A DNA stretch of 63,530 bases, the filler included, from Bigelowiella natans CCMP2755 (taxonomy: Eukaryota; Protista; Cercozoa): assembly GCA_000320545.1 (NCBI GenBank). It is 6 parts of 6 records of this genome, joined end to end, with 100 filler letters (N's around TTAATTAATTAA, not from the genome) between each part and the next. Parts side by side here need not be neighbours in the genome. Positions count along the whole stretch, not along the records: positions 26,233 to 38,617 come from ADNK01003355.1; positions 38,718 to 43,317 come from ADNK01001038.1; 4 more parts are not named here. The stretch is one strand, 5' to 3'. Under the pieces are notes generated by a model, which worked only from the letters and a program-made list of their open reading frames with translations, made no database searches and was not told where the DNA came from. The translations under genes were made by a program, and so were the position numbers. This document shows, in pieces, positions 26,233 to 40,188 of this stretch (the stretch's first letter is position 1; each line of letters starts with the position of its first letter).

Positions 26233-28582
26233 GGGGTGGAGGGGGGGGGGGGGGGGGGGGGGGATAACGAAAATAACGGAACGAATACGCGTATGTGATG
26301 ACACACATACAAACTCATGCTCGTGTAGAGAAAGAGAAAGAGAAAGAAAGAGAGAGAGAGAGAGAGGAAAAACGATACCCGTGCATGCTTTCCCCGCTCC
26401 CCACCCCTCCTTCAACCATCAACAAAGCGATTTCTACCTCTGTCCTGGGAATAGCACTCATATCCGGTAGCATCGATGCTGACGACGAAGATGACGACGA
26501 CGACGAAACGTGCTCTGGCGTCAGCCTCCTCTTCTCCTCCTCCTCCTCCTCCTCCCCCTCCTCCCCCTGCTGCTGCTCTCTTCCCTTTGATGTCACCGCC
26601 GTCGTCGTTGTCGTTGCGTCTCTCGACGAATTAGGTATGCGTTCCATCATATCCTGCAGCATGCGCTCGGAGACCTCCGCAGCCCCCGCTTTGCCTGATT
26701 GCCAGAAGGAAGGAAGGAAGGGGAGGAGGATGCAGCGTGCAGCGTTTTTGTTTTTAATGAAGGATTTGGAAAGGGAGGGGGGGGTAGGGGGGAGGAGGAG
26801 GGCACAGCCGTATTCAACGAAATAGCATGCATCAAGAGGCATCGATGGATATCGAATCGAAGGGAGGGGCTAGAGGATTGCACTGACCATATAGCGCGAG
26901 AATTCGTCGGTATTGGTATTCTCTTGCTTGCTTCATACCGAGGAGTCGCTCGAAACACTTGAGCGCCACAGCAAACTCATCCGCCTTAGTCACATCTGCA
27001 GCTGACAAGCGGTGTTATTCACTTGTTAGGCTTATTGTGGCGGTGGTGATGATGATGATAGGGATGACGGCGAAGAGGGAGAAAAGGAGAAAAGAAGAGT
27101 TGATTTCGATCTATATTTGACGACGATGATAATGATGATGACGACGATGATGATGATGATGATGATGGTGATAATGATGTCGTGGTGCTGGCTTGCGGAT
27201 GCTGCTACACCGCTATAAAATATCATCCTCACGTGTTTCCGCCGTCGAGCTGCTGCCGACCTCTTGCCCCCCCCCCCCAAGGGCGAGGAAGCGTCTATCC
27301 ATCATCAACATCGCAGATTCGAACGCCGTGTTCAGCACCTGATATGCGCGGAAACGTGACAAGATTAGAAGTGCGAAAGCAGAGACTCAGCAAAACGGAT
27401 TTAACTGAGCAAAAGGGATTTATCGTCCATAACACACTCCTGCCCCTCTTCCCCTGCGTACGCGATTCTGCCTCCTCTCAAAGAAGGCATCTTTAAATCG
27501 CTAATGACGATGAGGAAGCACGCACCTCTACCAGACGCGTTTGGTCGTCGAGAGTAAGATATCTCCTCCAGTCGACTTGTCCTTTGCCCTCGATTTCCCC
27601 TTCTTCACCCCCCCCTTCCTTCGAGACAGCGCTGCTCAGCCTCGAGAGCCACTCTTCAGCCTTTGAAAGCATTGAGCGCGATGAAGCGGCGGAGGGGCCA
27701 GCACGTGTTGCGCAACCGTGTTCTTCTTCATAAGTATCGTCGTGCAGCTCCTTCGTCCTCCTCTTCTTCTGCCTCTGCTTTTTACTCATCGCCCGGAGAG
27801 CGCCGCCGGCGTACACAGCCGCGACAGAGAGAATGCCGTCGATGGAGGCCAAGGCCGCCTTCGTCGTAGTGGGGGCTCGTCGCTCTAGGAGGCTGAGAAT
27901 TCGCTCCAGGACCTCCGGTTGACCTGCGTTGGCGCATGCTTCGAGCATTGCACTCAATTGGAGCTGTGTGAAAGCCTCCCCCCCCTCCTCTGTCTTCCGC
28001 TCCTGTTCTCCCTCTATTGTAGCCGTCGGGGGGGGTAGAGCGTGAGCCCAGGCTTGTGCGCCGGCTATATCGTCACACCGTAGCTGATATATGTGATGAT
28101 GGTGGTGGTGGATGATGAGAGCGTTAGAATGTTGATGATTGGTATTAATTGTGTGAAAAGGAGAGAAACCATACGCGCATTGGGGGTTGGGCAGTCGTCA
28201 TAGATATTATTTACATGGAGCTCAATCATCAGAACGTAGCTTTCGCGTCCAGGATCCTGAGAAGGAGACAGAGAGAATGAGAAATGTTCGCGGCTCAGCA
28301 TTCTGTCGAAGACAATCAAAGTGCGACGAGGGAAAACAACAGCAACCGGTAGCAAAGCTGGGATGCATTTTTTCTTTTGTTATCGTGAGGTTCATGCCGA
28401 AAACTGTGGAAACAACGCCCAATATTACCGTAATTCTCCGAAAAGCCGTGGCGGCTGCTTCTTTGTCCGAGGACAGCACGCACGCCTACCGATTCAAAAT
28501 ACACCTTAAGGGCTTCATGATGCTTCCGAAAGCTCCATTCCAGTCAGTGTTATCACGACTATAACTACGATCACGATGACGA

Positions 28583-28613
<31 letters not shown>

Positions 28614-28882
28614 ACACACCCTAAGAAAGCTGAGCTTTATGATTTCCGCGAGATTCTGGTCTTCTATTCCAATCTCCTCTCCTCGTTGCAGATTCGAAAG
28701 CAGCCAATCGTGCTGCAATTTGAGCCTCTCGAGCGTCGACCCATCGATGGTCCCTCCATTTCGTTCTAAATTTAGTTTTTAAAAATTATAAATATCGGAG
28801 TTTTCTTAAAGTCTCATCAATAGGCATTAGTCGCAACGAGTTTTACAGGAACAACGGGGGAAAATGAAATGTTGGCCACTCA

Positions 28883-28929
<47 letters not shown>

Positions 28930-29416
28930 GAAAAAGAGATGGAGAACCATCAACAGAATCTATAATTACTTGTTAAATTGTTGAAGTTCTTGAGCCTAGT
29001 TGCGAAAGGACTACCCCCCCCCTTCATGCTCCGGCGGCGGGTGTGATGAACACTATCACCTCCGTCTACATTTTCATGAGCTTCCTGGCCAGTGAGTGGC
29101 TCCGAGGCCGCTGCTGACGTTACCGTTGGTCTATGAGACTCTGCGCGACTAAATAAAGGCAACCGGTACGTTAACGTTCAAAAGCAAAGACTCATAAGTA
29201 GCAGCAGCAAATGCTCGATGTTGGCTCCATAACTAACATTTCTTTTGGCGCTGCCCCCTTTCCCCCAACTATCTCTCGGATTACAACCATACCCCACCTT
29301 GAAAGGCTACAACGTTGGATCCACCTCCGGGATCCAACCCTGGAGGCTGGAAGGAGCGAAGTGGCCCTTCGGAACCACCAGCGGCGGGAGGATACTACCA
29401 CGGCCCTCGACGCCAT
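26233..29416 (-). CDS. Probable mitochondrion-targeted helical-repeat (PPR-like) protein; 3' truncated
   Basis: The Arg/Ser-rich acid-free N-terminus MASRAVVVSSRRWWFRRATSLL looks like a transit peptide. Helical segments LSAMLEACANAGQPEVLERIL, ESYVLMIELH, ALKCFERL and SGKAGAAEVSERMLQDM resemble PPR motifs. Confidence 0.45.
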
Positions 29417-29672
29417 AATTTGACTTTCTGGGCGGCGAAACGCTTGCCGTTATCCGCCAAACGACATGTATATTTGATGTCGCGCGTACTATTTTCTCCC
29501 TACTACTCCTTCCCACTCATCGCTCGGACATTTGGTGGCCTTGCATTTCTGGCAAAACATAGGCGGTTTTCGCACCTGCGACATCAAATCTGGAGCTATG
29601 CTCCTTCTTCGGCCCGAGCCACACCACACACGTGAACCCCCTCTGCCCGCCCGTGCCTCGCACGTGACGACG

Positions 29673-31128
29673 ATGCGAAGCAAATTTATACTCGTTCTCT
29701 CCCTCCTCCAGCTGGCCACGTCGCTTTCACAACGGCACGTAGGAGCTGCTGCGCGAATTGGGACGCGGCTTGCGCTATGTAGGTTTGGGGGTGAGGGGGG
29801 GCACATAGAGGGACTGTGGCAATCTTCGCTATCTGACACCTTTTCGTATCTTAAAGCTGTGCCTCAAGTTGCACGCCTTGGAGCAATTCGTCAACGAATA
29901 AATTCAAGCCCTTATAAATCTTCGCTCCAGTCGCTCCAGCAGGTATCCACGCGAAGTGAGCGTATATCTCATGCGGTTACCAACGACGTCTCCGTTGCGT
30001 TTTGTTATTATAAAGTCACAGGCACACCGCTACTCTATTATTACCAACGAGGGTAGCAATGGTGGAAGATTTGGGCTGATGATGAAGCGGCCTGTTAACA
30101 TCCATTGCTCATGTACGTGCTCTATTTTTCTTCTTCTTCTTCTTCTTCTTCTACTTTTCTTTATTAACATTGCTATCCCCTTCATTATCATGTGTGCTAT
30201 TTTTGGCTCGGAGCCAGTTGTTGCTGGTCGTTCTGTATGTATTCCTAAGTGTCTTTTGAATAACTATCTGACTTATCAGCCGGACAAGGATCACCAAACG
30301 AAGAGAGAGTCTTTTGTGTCAGCGTCAACTTGTAATCACAGATGATGATGATGATGATGATAATGATGATGATGATGATCACGAGGACGGCGATGACGAT
30401 AATGATGATGGTATGTTATGTTGATGATAAAAGAGATATATACGGTAAACAGCAGGGTAATTTTCATACAAGGGGGTGGTAGGAGACGGGACAGAATCGA
30501 GTGCCTTTCGCGCCCTTTCCGTATGCATGGTCAGAGAATGCTGTCAACCAAAATATGAAATGTGCGTTGACATGACGAGTAGGTATGTGAAACCTGAGAG
30601 ACGTCAGGAATTTTTGGAAGTCATTCGAAACAACCAAAAAGGGGTATGCACAGACACTCATGCATGTAGGTCGTCGTTTTCATCGCTAGTTGCTCTTATT
30701 GCTCCCCTTCTTTCTATTTCGTCAGTTTACTGCTATACAATGTAGTGAGCGGCATCCTATCATCACCCGCCCTTCCTCAGACAATGGAGCTGGAGCCTCT
30801 CGCTATCGAATACACCTGGGGAGAATCCCAAACAGAAGCCAACACGTTTCATTTTCAAGAGAAGTGAGTACGCGCTCATTCTTTCAACTTATTTAGACAC
30901 AAAGAAGAGACCATTGTAATGCATGCTGATTTCAAAGTCAATCGAATATAATTTTGGCGATAATAAGTGTTCCTCCTTTTTTGGATCTTTTAAACAACAA
31001 AAAGGTACAAGGGGAAAGCAGGGTTTGAAGCTCATCAGCAAGCACCACATTTCAAACGATGGGAAGAATTTGTGCAGTCAGATCCATTCACAAAAGCACC
31101 GGAGGTAATGCTGTTCGAGGAGGCATAG
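29673..31128 (+). CDS. ABM (antibiotic biosynthesis monooxygenase / LsrG-like) domain protein with bipartite presequence
   Basis: Signal peptide MRSKFILVLSLLQLATS plus a Ser/Arg-rich stretch. Mature exons give YVKPERRQEFLEVIRNNQKG-TMELEPLAIEYTWGES..NTFHFQEK-YKGKAGFEAHQQAPHFKRW. Confidence 0.8.
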
Positions 31129-32302
31129 AACCTAACCCGTACGACGATCGATGCTTACATTCTACGATATTATACGCTGTGAAGTCAGCAGAAAAAAAGA
31201 AGGATGTGAGCACTAATATCCATCATGAAATAGCACTGAAAATTTTCGAGACGTATGAACATGGAAAGAGACATGTGAAGCACTCATTCCCAAGTACACG
31301 TGTAGTTTCCCTTGATGGCGTCGCGCTTGGCATGCTATGTGCAGTAACAATTCAAGATCTTTGTGGTCGGCCTTTTCATTTTCTCGACGTTGAGTGTGTC
31401 TGTGTGTGTGTGTTTGTGTGTGCACTGATTGTGGCGCGCAAGCGCAGCAGATAACAGGTGGGGCGTGCGGTGGCTTAGCTCCATTTTTGTGCTGCCACAT
31501 GCGCGTCATCGTGTTTCCCCACCAAAAAAATGTGAAGCACGGCCGGACCGTTCTAGCGTTGCGATGCTGCTCGTTCATCGCACCACGCTAGCACGTGCGG
31601 AGCATCAGCTAGACGTTCAAGTTGTGAAGTGGGATCAAGACACTGCGCTGTCGTGCATGATCATGTGCAAGTTCAACCATGCACCACAACATGACGACGT
31701 TGCGATGCCATTTTCTGTGTCCAAACGTTCAACGGATGTTTGCTGAACTTTCTAGCTGCCAGTAGTGAAAATTCCGGTTTGCAGCACGTCTCTCTGATTT
31801 CATTGCGATTCAAGATTTGAGATTCGGCGTTCGTTTCGACGTTCCAACAAGTTGTGCGTGCGCAAGCACTTCCTACTCACAAGCTGGACGCACCTCAAGC
31901 GGCTGGGAAAGCGGACAATGAACAATGATGGAAAACTACATTTCCAAGGTGTTGCAAGACACTTGCAATGCACGAAATGCAGTGCCGCGGAGCCGCAAGA
32001 CACTCCAACGCGAAACGGACCGCGGGGACTTGCCAACAGCTAGACAGTGTCAATCAAGCCGAAGGTGAAGTTTTTCGTCAAAAAGGCCGCGACCCCGGCG
32101 GACGAAAAAGCAGAAAGATGAGCCTTTTCTTAGCATAAGTTCAGGTATAAACCTTGTCGCACCCTCAAAATCAGTAGCGTTCTACAACTATGGTGCAATA
32201 TAGTTCGTGCATCATCGCGGACAGAAGATAAGGAAGATGCACCATTGCGATTGGGCGGAGCGCTCCTCGTGAAGAGTTCCCGCTGCCCGTGCCCACTTCA
32301 CA

Positions 32303-35170
32303 ATGAACGAGGAGGACGTGAAGATGGCCACCTGCACGGAAGAGGAGGGGGGAAGGGAGCCGAAGGAGCACGTTGATTCGGATTTCTCGTCCCCCCCCTC
32401 TGGCAGCATGCTCCAACCGTTTACGAGTTTAGCAGGAGATGCGCAGCTTCTCTTCCAGGTAGATGGAAGCATCCGTCTAAAATTACTCCCAACTTGGAAA
32501 TTAATCGAAGAATAATTTCGTCTTAGATCCCTGGAGAATATGGCAGGGATCCTTTGGTCTCGTCGTCGTCATCATCATCACATTCGCCGTCGCCATCCCA
32601 ACAGCAACAGTTGTCGCCTGAAGTGAAGGCTGGGCGCGTCCGTCATCCGTTTGCCCGGAACAACTTCTTCAAGGTAATCACTTTTTGTAAAGACAAAGAC
32701 GCACAGCCGCTCGGTGGTTGCTATGATCGCGCAGTACCTCTCAATAGCACCTGCACCTGCAAACCCAGATATCCGCGGCCCCCCTTTACTCCCTAACTCT
32801 CTTCTCCCCTCCTGTCTGGGAACAGAGCGTGGAATTCTCTCCCGATGGGCTGTGCTTGTTGTCGTTGAGCAATGATAATCGCATGCGGCTGTACGAAACG
32901 TCCAGTCTGTTCGACTCTGCGGAACAGAGCGGGTTTGAGCATGGCGGGGGAGGTGCCACCCCCCCCCCTTCACCGCCGGACCCCGCGCTCACCATGAAGG
33001 AACCCGGGACCGTTTACGACTTCGCGTGGTACAATTTTATTTTTCGAAGCTGGTTTGTTTCCGCAAGAGAACGAACTCACGGCACCGCCTCCATACCAGG
33101 TACCCTTTGATGACATCGTCGGTGCCCTCCACCTGCTGCTTCCTATCGACATGCCACAAGAACCCGACTCACCTGTGGGATGCCTTCACTGGGAAGCTCA
33201 GAGCAACATACAGGTGACGACGGCGACGACGATGATGATGAACGATAGCGTCGGTTCTTAGGCGACCGTAATGGTGGTGATGGTGGTGGTAGTAGTGATA
33301 CAGTCTACATGACGGGCATGCAGCATGAGTTAGTGGTAGGGAGAAGACTGAGATCTAGGATGGTGAGGAAGAAATATGCCACGAACAAGTATATTAACGC
33401 GCTCGCGATAACGTCCTCTTAGGTCTTACGACTATGCTGACGAAATCACAGGTTGCTGTGTAAAAAGAAATTAGATAGAAGATAGAAGGACGGGATCCCT
33501 CCCCAACAACACCTTCTCGAATATTCGGTTACTTTTCTTCTGTCTACTATTCTTCTGTCTTGATGTCACTCGAAAACGAATTTCTGCCTGCTGTGGGTAG
33601 CATGACTTCGTGGACGTTGAATCTTTTAACTTTTTCTCCCCCCTCCCCCTCCCTCTCCCCCCCCGCCCTCCCTTCCAGCTGCACTATCCGTAGCTTTCAG
33701 TGGGAACGGCGACAAGATAATATGTGGTGATGTTTGTTTATAATTTTGAAAATATGGGAATCAAAAGAATCGTTGCTACTATCACTGTCGTTGTTGTCAG
33801 ATGCTTCTTCTTCTTCATCATCATCATATTTCATTACTACTGCTGGGGGAGGCGTGCTGGTACCTGATTTTTGTGAATGGATGGTGGTTTTCAGGGTTCG
33901 ATCGTCACATACGCATCTTCGACGTCGGGTATGATTACTCAAGTTAACAGAAACACACATACAGGATTCTATAACCACACACAAACACACACACACACAC
34001 ACAGACAGACACAGACGCATGGATTACCTCATGATACGCTCCTTGATTCATCGCAGATATCCGGGGAGGGACTATGAGACGCGTGCACTAATAAAGACAG
34101 TGGGTGGAAGAAGAGGGCAAAAACGGGTAGGAGTAGCAGCAGCAGCAGCAGCAGTAGCAGTATTACTTCCTAGCGCAGCAGCGAGAAGGACGAGTCCTGT
34201 TCTCACCCTTCTTTGTCTTCTCCATCTCTGTCGCAGACAGGACGTTGTTGATCACTCTTATCCCCCCCCCTCCTTCTTTCCCCGTCAGAGGAAGATAGGC
34301 CAGCGTGGGCTGATATCCTGCATCGACACGACAAGTCTCTATGGCGGGCTGTACGCCTGCGGATCCTATGCTGGTTGGTTGTTGTTATTGTTGTTGTTTG
34401 TTGTCGGCGGTTTTGCTGTTTATATCGTCGTTATTTCTGGTTGTCGTCGTCGTCGTCGTCGTGGTTGTTGTAGTTGCTAGTTTAATTCTCATCTCATGCA
34501 AACCTCACGTATGGTGGGGGGGCACTGTAGCAGCTGCACACCATCTCACCGTGGATGGGCGCGTATAATCGAACAAACAACATGGCAGGCTCGACGTTCG
34601 TGTACGAGGAGAAAAGTGGGAAGACCGTGTGCAGCTTAGATGCCCACCAAAATGGGGTCACAAAGGTCGCCCATATTTCTCGCAATTGAACGATGATGAT
34701 TAGAATGATGATGATGATGATGAAGAAGAAGAAGAAAGGGGAGAGGAGGGAAAGGATGAGAAATAATCAAAACCTGCGAATTTATACCTCTCGATCTGCG
34801 TCCTGCGGTGTGTATGTGTGCATGTGTGCATATGCTGTAGCGAAGCAAGAGAAGTACCTTGAATGCAAATAGCGCTCGCAGGTCGAGAAGGAGGAGCACA
34901 CTGAGAGTATCATTGATATGATGTCATTCCCCATCCCCCCGCAGGTAAAATTCGCTCCTGATGCCAGCCGATTGTGGACAGGGGGGCGGCGCGACGACGT
35001 GATTATTGAATGGGACCTTCGCATGCTTAAGATCCTGAGGTTGTGGCCTGTTATGATGATTATGATGATGATGATGATGATGATGATGCTCCTGTGCACA
35101 CGTGTCTCGATCAATGGAGGTGTCTCAGGAACTGCGTGGTGATCTGTGCATTTGCCGGGAATTTTGCGCG

Positions 35171-35202
<32 letters not shown>

Positions 35203-36754
35203 ATTGTTTGTTGATCGTTAATGTCGTTGCTGTTATTGTTGTTTGTTTGTTCTTTGGAATATCAGGCGGTACGAGCGACGGTGCGGTTCAAACCAGCGAT
35301 TCAGTTTTGATATCTCGCCAAACGACGGGGGGCGATTCCTCCTCACAGGTATCATCACTCAGCGGAAAGCATACAAGAAGAAGAAGAAGAAGAAGGGAAA
35401 AAAAAAAAGAGAGAGGGAAACCGCTCAACCTATGACTGTCACATTCGTTGGCCGCCGCATATATTCGCATTCGTTCCTGACAAAACGCGCGCGCCCCATG
35501 CACTGCTCAGGATCACAAAACGGCGAGTTGTTTATCTACGACACGCTTCGACCGCCTGCCTCCTCCCCCACTCCTACTCCCACTGCGGTAGCGACGACGG
35601 CAGGTATGCACAGAGGGAAGGGGGGGGATATAGGGAGGGGCTTCGCCGCCCTAGCCCGCATATGTCAGTCCCATATATCCTGCTTGTAATCTGAGAATCG
35701 CCCCAATGTTTGTCTGTCTCTCTATCGTCCGTCTATGTTGACGAACCTGCACTCCCACCCTCTCCTCCTCCTCCTCCTCCTCCTCCTCCTCCTCCTCCTC
35801 CTCCTTTTTCCTCTCACTATCATTCTCAGCGGGTGGCACTGCGTCGAACCCCGGCAGAGAAGTTGAATCTGACCCCGGAGATGCCGGAGATTATGACGAC
35901 GACGCTAAGGTGGGCGTGCGTTGTTCTCACTCTCAAATGAATTTGGCTGCGTCTGCTGCCTGCTGCTGTTGGTGCTTCCGCATCAATTTGAGCGATAGTT
36001 CCCTCTCCTTGCTCTCCCGGCCTTTGTGTGTAAATAATACGTTTTTATGTGATAGCTGTGGATATATGTCATATTTACAGACACGCTTAAATACATTGCA
36101 GGTCGCAGTGGAGGCGAGAGAAAAGCCCGTGCTCCGCTTCAAGGTGCTTCGATACTACCATGGCTCTCCCCCCTCCCTCCTCTCTCTCCGTTGCCCCACC
36201 ACTCTTTAATCTCTCTAAATCGGTCGGCAGGGTCCTGGGGATGCCGTGAACTCGGTGTCTTTCCACCCTTCGTTCTCGCAGCAAGTAAGTTTAGTAGTTT
36301 CCCACCGCACTTTACTTCTTCTGATTCTTCAACATGATGATATATACATATCCCTCGTACACAATAAAAAACAGTTTCCGTACTTCGCGGCGTGCACGGG
36401 CGAGAGAAAGTTTTGGCTGGACGTGTTTGACGAAGACGACGACGAGGAGGAGGAGGACGACGATAGGTTCGTTTCTCCCTTACACATTTCTGATTGCTGC
36501 AATTCTCGAGTGTGATTGTCGAAGCAGTGGTGATAGTGAAGGCGAATAATATTTCCCTCTGCTATTCATTTTTCTTCTCCCCATTTCCCTGTTTTCTTCA
36601 ACTTGTACGCCGCGATGAAGAGGATGGTATGTTGTGCATCAGGAAGCATAATGGCGGTGATGCCACACATTCTTCGACCAAAAAATCGTCTCTTCGGCCT
36701 ACAGCTCGCAATGTTCTTGCTATGTATTCCCTCTCGGCCGAGACAACATCGTGA
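32303..36754 (+). CDS. WRAP53: WRAP53 / TCAB1 (telomerase Cajal body protein 1), WD40
   Basis: Exons give [91 protein letters not shown].EWDLR and SNQRFSFDI, all diagnostic WRAP53 motifs. Confidence 0.9.
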
Positions 36755-37353
36755 CAATAAAATATCGCAAGAGCAGTAGCTATTGTGCAAGCTGCAGCAA
36801 ATGTACATCGTTCATCATCAGTAGTAACTTATTACGTACTCGTCAACATATTTACGTTAGTAGAATGTTTTTGTCTTGCCTTAGATAGGTGACGCCAGCA
36901 GAATGCGCTTAATTGCAGTGTAATTCTTCGCATGTGTACACCGAAAGTATGGCGAGACTAGTCATGCAGTGTCCGCGCACACGCATGTGTGTGCACTGTG
37001 TACGTCTAGAAGCATCGTGCACTCACAAGCGCCCGACAGAACTATAGCAGCTAAAGTACTTCCATCTACATGGCAATGTGAGCATGGGACAATTCTCTTT
37101 TTTTGCAATCAAATTCTAAATTTCATTGGTTCACAACGGACACACCGCATCTACAGGACTTTTGCCAATGCTGTGTCCGCATGGTGTTTACCAAGCTACT
37201 TGTGCACACAGACTGCTTTATACGAACGCTACAAGATGTTCAATTGTGGTCAAATGACCAGCATGATGCACGTGGAGCATGAGAATTGAAGAAGCACAAG
37301 TCTAAGAATTCGAAAGTGAGACGTCGATCAATCTTTCGATTCGCTTCATGCCC

Positions 37354-37626
37354 TTACAGGTGTCTATCATAGATCATTTCCTGAACCTTTTTCTTCGCTG
37401 CGACCCTTTGAAGAGGTCGGGCAGTAATTTCAAGAATTTTTTCGATCCTTCTTGCTTCTGCGATTTCAACAGATCTTCTCCTCGTACTTTTTTTCGTTCC
37501 ATGGAGTAGTTTGAGTTGTATGCACTCGGCCCTCGACTTGAAGGTCGGGTTTGCCTCTCGCATGCGCTTCACGCTCTTGCTCCGACGGTAGCATCCACAC
37601 GACATCGCTGCTACGCCTTGTTGCAA
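37354..37626 (-). CDS. Hypothetical basic ORF / possible terminal exon
   Basis: 90-aa open, repeat-free, coding-like stretch; no recognisable motif. Confidence 0.2.
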   Translation of the reverse strand: MQQGVAAMSCGCYRRSKSVKRMREANPTFKSRAECIQLKLLHGTKKSTRRRSVEIAEARRIEKILEITARPLQRVAAKKKVQEMIYDRHL

Positions 37627-38617
37627 TACGAAATGTGTAGCCGTGTGTGTGTTTGACTCAATTGCTCAACCGATTTGGAAATTGAGAAATGATGATTCCG
37701 AGTTTACTTAGCGTCAATGCTAATGACAAGTCGGAGGAGAAGTTTCAGTCCAAATGATGAGCGAACGTTAGCGAACAGTCACGTGTGACCCTCCCATTTG
37801 TTTCTGCTTCGTCATTGCATCATCAGTCATCATCCCCGAACATTTTCGTCGACGGAACCTGCTGAAACGAACGCTGCTTTTGTGCTGCGTCAGCCCTCTC
37901 AGTCCGGAAGAAAGACAAAAACGACGATGCGTGTGCATTTTTTTGCTGTTCCATTTTTCGAAGGAGGGAAAACGGGTTTTGAGGCGATCGCGAAGTTCGA
38001 TCGAGATTGCATCCGCACGTGCCGAATTTGGCCACGCGCTGCCGAAACGCAGCCCATTTCACCCGATTTTTCCGTTAAACCATGCAAGAGAAGGCGAAAA
38101 CAGCCAATTGGAAGACCTTGAAGCTTCAATGAACACTTGGTTCTGTGTCGTTCTGTGCTAGCTTGGTTCGCTTCATTGATTGGTTCAAATCGAATGTTGG
38201 GCAACTTGAGAATCGAAGTGTGCCTCACTGCAGTGCTGCGTGCATTTTGGACACTGGCAATGACGCATTTGCAGCGTGCACCTGCGTTGCGTTGTGTTTG
38301 CAACCTGCACGTTGACTGGAAAGTTTCGAGTGACAATGTTGCGCGTAAGGTGTTCACAGGCCGAGGCGCTACGTGCACAAGTAGGCAGGGGGGGGGAAAG
38401 GCACGTTTGCTTCCTTTTGAAGAGTTTTGTTTATTTTTATTAAAGATTATATTTTTGTTAAATCGTGCACTGCGTAATCATTCGCGAAGCTTTCGCGAAT
38501 GCCGCCGCACGTGGGGCAGCACACTTCCGGTGTGCTGCCATGAGTCCCGCCGGAACCCACGTGCCTATACTGTATTAATATCTACGTTATCTATATTCTA
38601 TATCCGCGACAACCCCT

Positions 38618-38717
38618 NNNNNNNNNNNNNNNNNNNNNNNNNNNNNNNNNNNNNNNNNNNNTTAATTAATTAANNNNNNNNNNNNNNNNNNNNNNNNNNN
38701 NNNNNNNNNNNNNNNNN
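38618..38717. other. Artificial contig spacer
   Basis: N44-TTAATTAATTAA-N44. Confidence 0.97.
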
Positions 38718-40188
38718 CCACCCTCTTTGGGATAAGCAAATTCCCAATCCCTTCCTTGAAGCGGGGTGGGGGGGGGGGGGGAGGAACAGAGCAGGATACG
38801 GCAACAACAGGTCTCATGGGAGGTCGAAACACAGTGATGCTGTGCACTGATATGTACATCACTATTATCACCACCCACCACCACCACCACCACCATCATC
38901 ATCATAATTATCGGGGAGATGAGCTCCCTCCTCCTCTTCCTCCTCCATTTCTTTTTAAGTTTGGATGGTGATGATGATGATAGCGCTGGTGGCGGTGGCC
39001 AGAAGTACCTTCATGGCGTATATTTTCTTCGTATCGAGCTTTCTCACCAGCATCACTTTACCAAAGGACCCTTTCCCGATGACCTACGAGATTGGAGGGT
39101 GGGTGCATGGATCGATGGTAGTGGGAGGGGCATGAGAGGCTTTCCTTCTATCCTGGTTTGTTTTCACTATTCTCCACATCCACGCACCGTCATATATGTA
39201 ACTTTATATACAAATATCCGTAGGATCCACCTTCAAGAGTGAAAAGTCCTCGAGGGAGACTTTTTTGGCCTCGTTCCTTGCACGCCCATTTGATTTCTTG
39301 CTCTGAAGCTCCGCCATCATCGCTTCCACGTCATCGTCGTTGTCGAGGTCCTTCTTCTTCCCAGCCAGGGGCGGGGATACCGACGATGAGCCCTTGGAAT
39401 CCAGCCCCTCCGTCACCAAAGGGTACATCTATAACGTCGGAATGGCAATCACAACAACGATGAGTCCCATGATTATGTTTGATGAAGGTGGGTGCTTCGC
39501 CGCCAGGATGACCCTCTCTGCTCGATAATGGCAGCCCGCAGCCCCTGCATCCATGCTTACTACGCTTACTCCGCACCTTTTCTAGTTCCTTCCCCGAAGT
39601 AGAGGTCGTCACGAACGATTTTAGAATTTCGCTGCTAGCTATCTCAGACTCCGCAGCTAGAAGCTTGAGCCATGCCTATGTACGTGAGAACAGCAGCAAA
39701 AACATGGTCAGATCCCGCCACCGATATCGATGAGTCACCGATTGGCGATGAGATATATACCTGGAGACAGGCGTGCATGTCCTTGATGAAGTTGCTATGC
39801 TTGCCGTGTGCACGCTCCTTGGGTACAGGGGGCACATAAATCTCCTGCTTCTTGAGGTCCTCGTTTAAGGCGACGAAGTCGTGCAGGGTTTTCAGGACGT
39901 GCGTGGAGCCGTTCAACGACTTCACCTCCACATCGAACACGGAGAATGGCCTTTGGGACTCATCCAAAAGCGTCTTGGTACCGACGACGTCCAGTACTAA
40001 GGAATGGTAGCAGGGTTGTGGGTGGGAAGCGATGTGAAGTGTGTGTCTCAGATAATTTAATTTTATAAAACATAAAAAGTCCTGAAGCCCCGCCCCTTTC
40101 CAGCTAATCCATTCCCCTCATCCGCTCTTTATTCCTTACGGAGGCCCTTCGATCTGGATCCTCCACCGCCAATATTTCTGGCAATCAT
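38718..40188 (-). CDS. PX-domain AGC-family Ser/Thr kinase (SGK3/CISK-like architecture); 3' truncated
   Basis: A PX-like segment FSVFDVEV...VLKTLHDFVALNEDLK...PPVP...LQ-AWL precedes the kinase start [36 protein letters not shown]. Confidence 0.8.
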
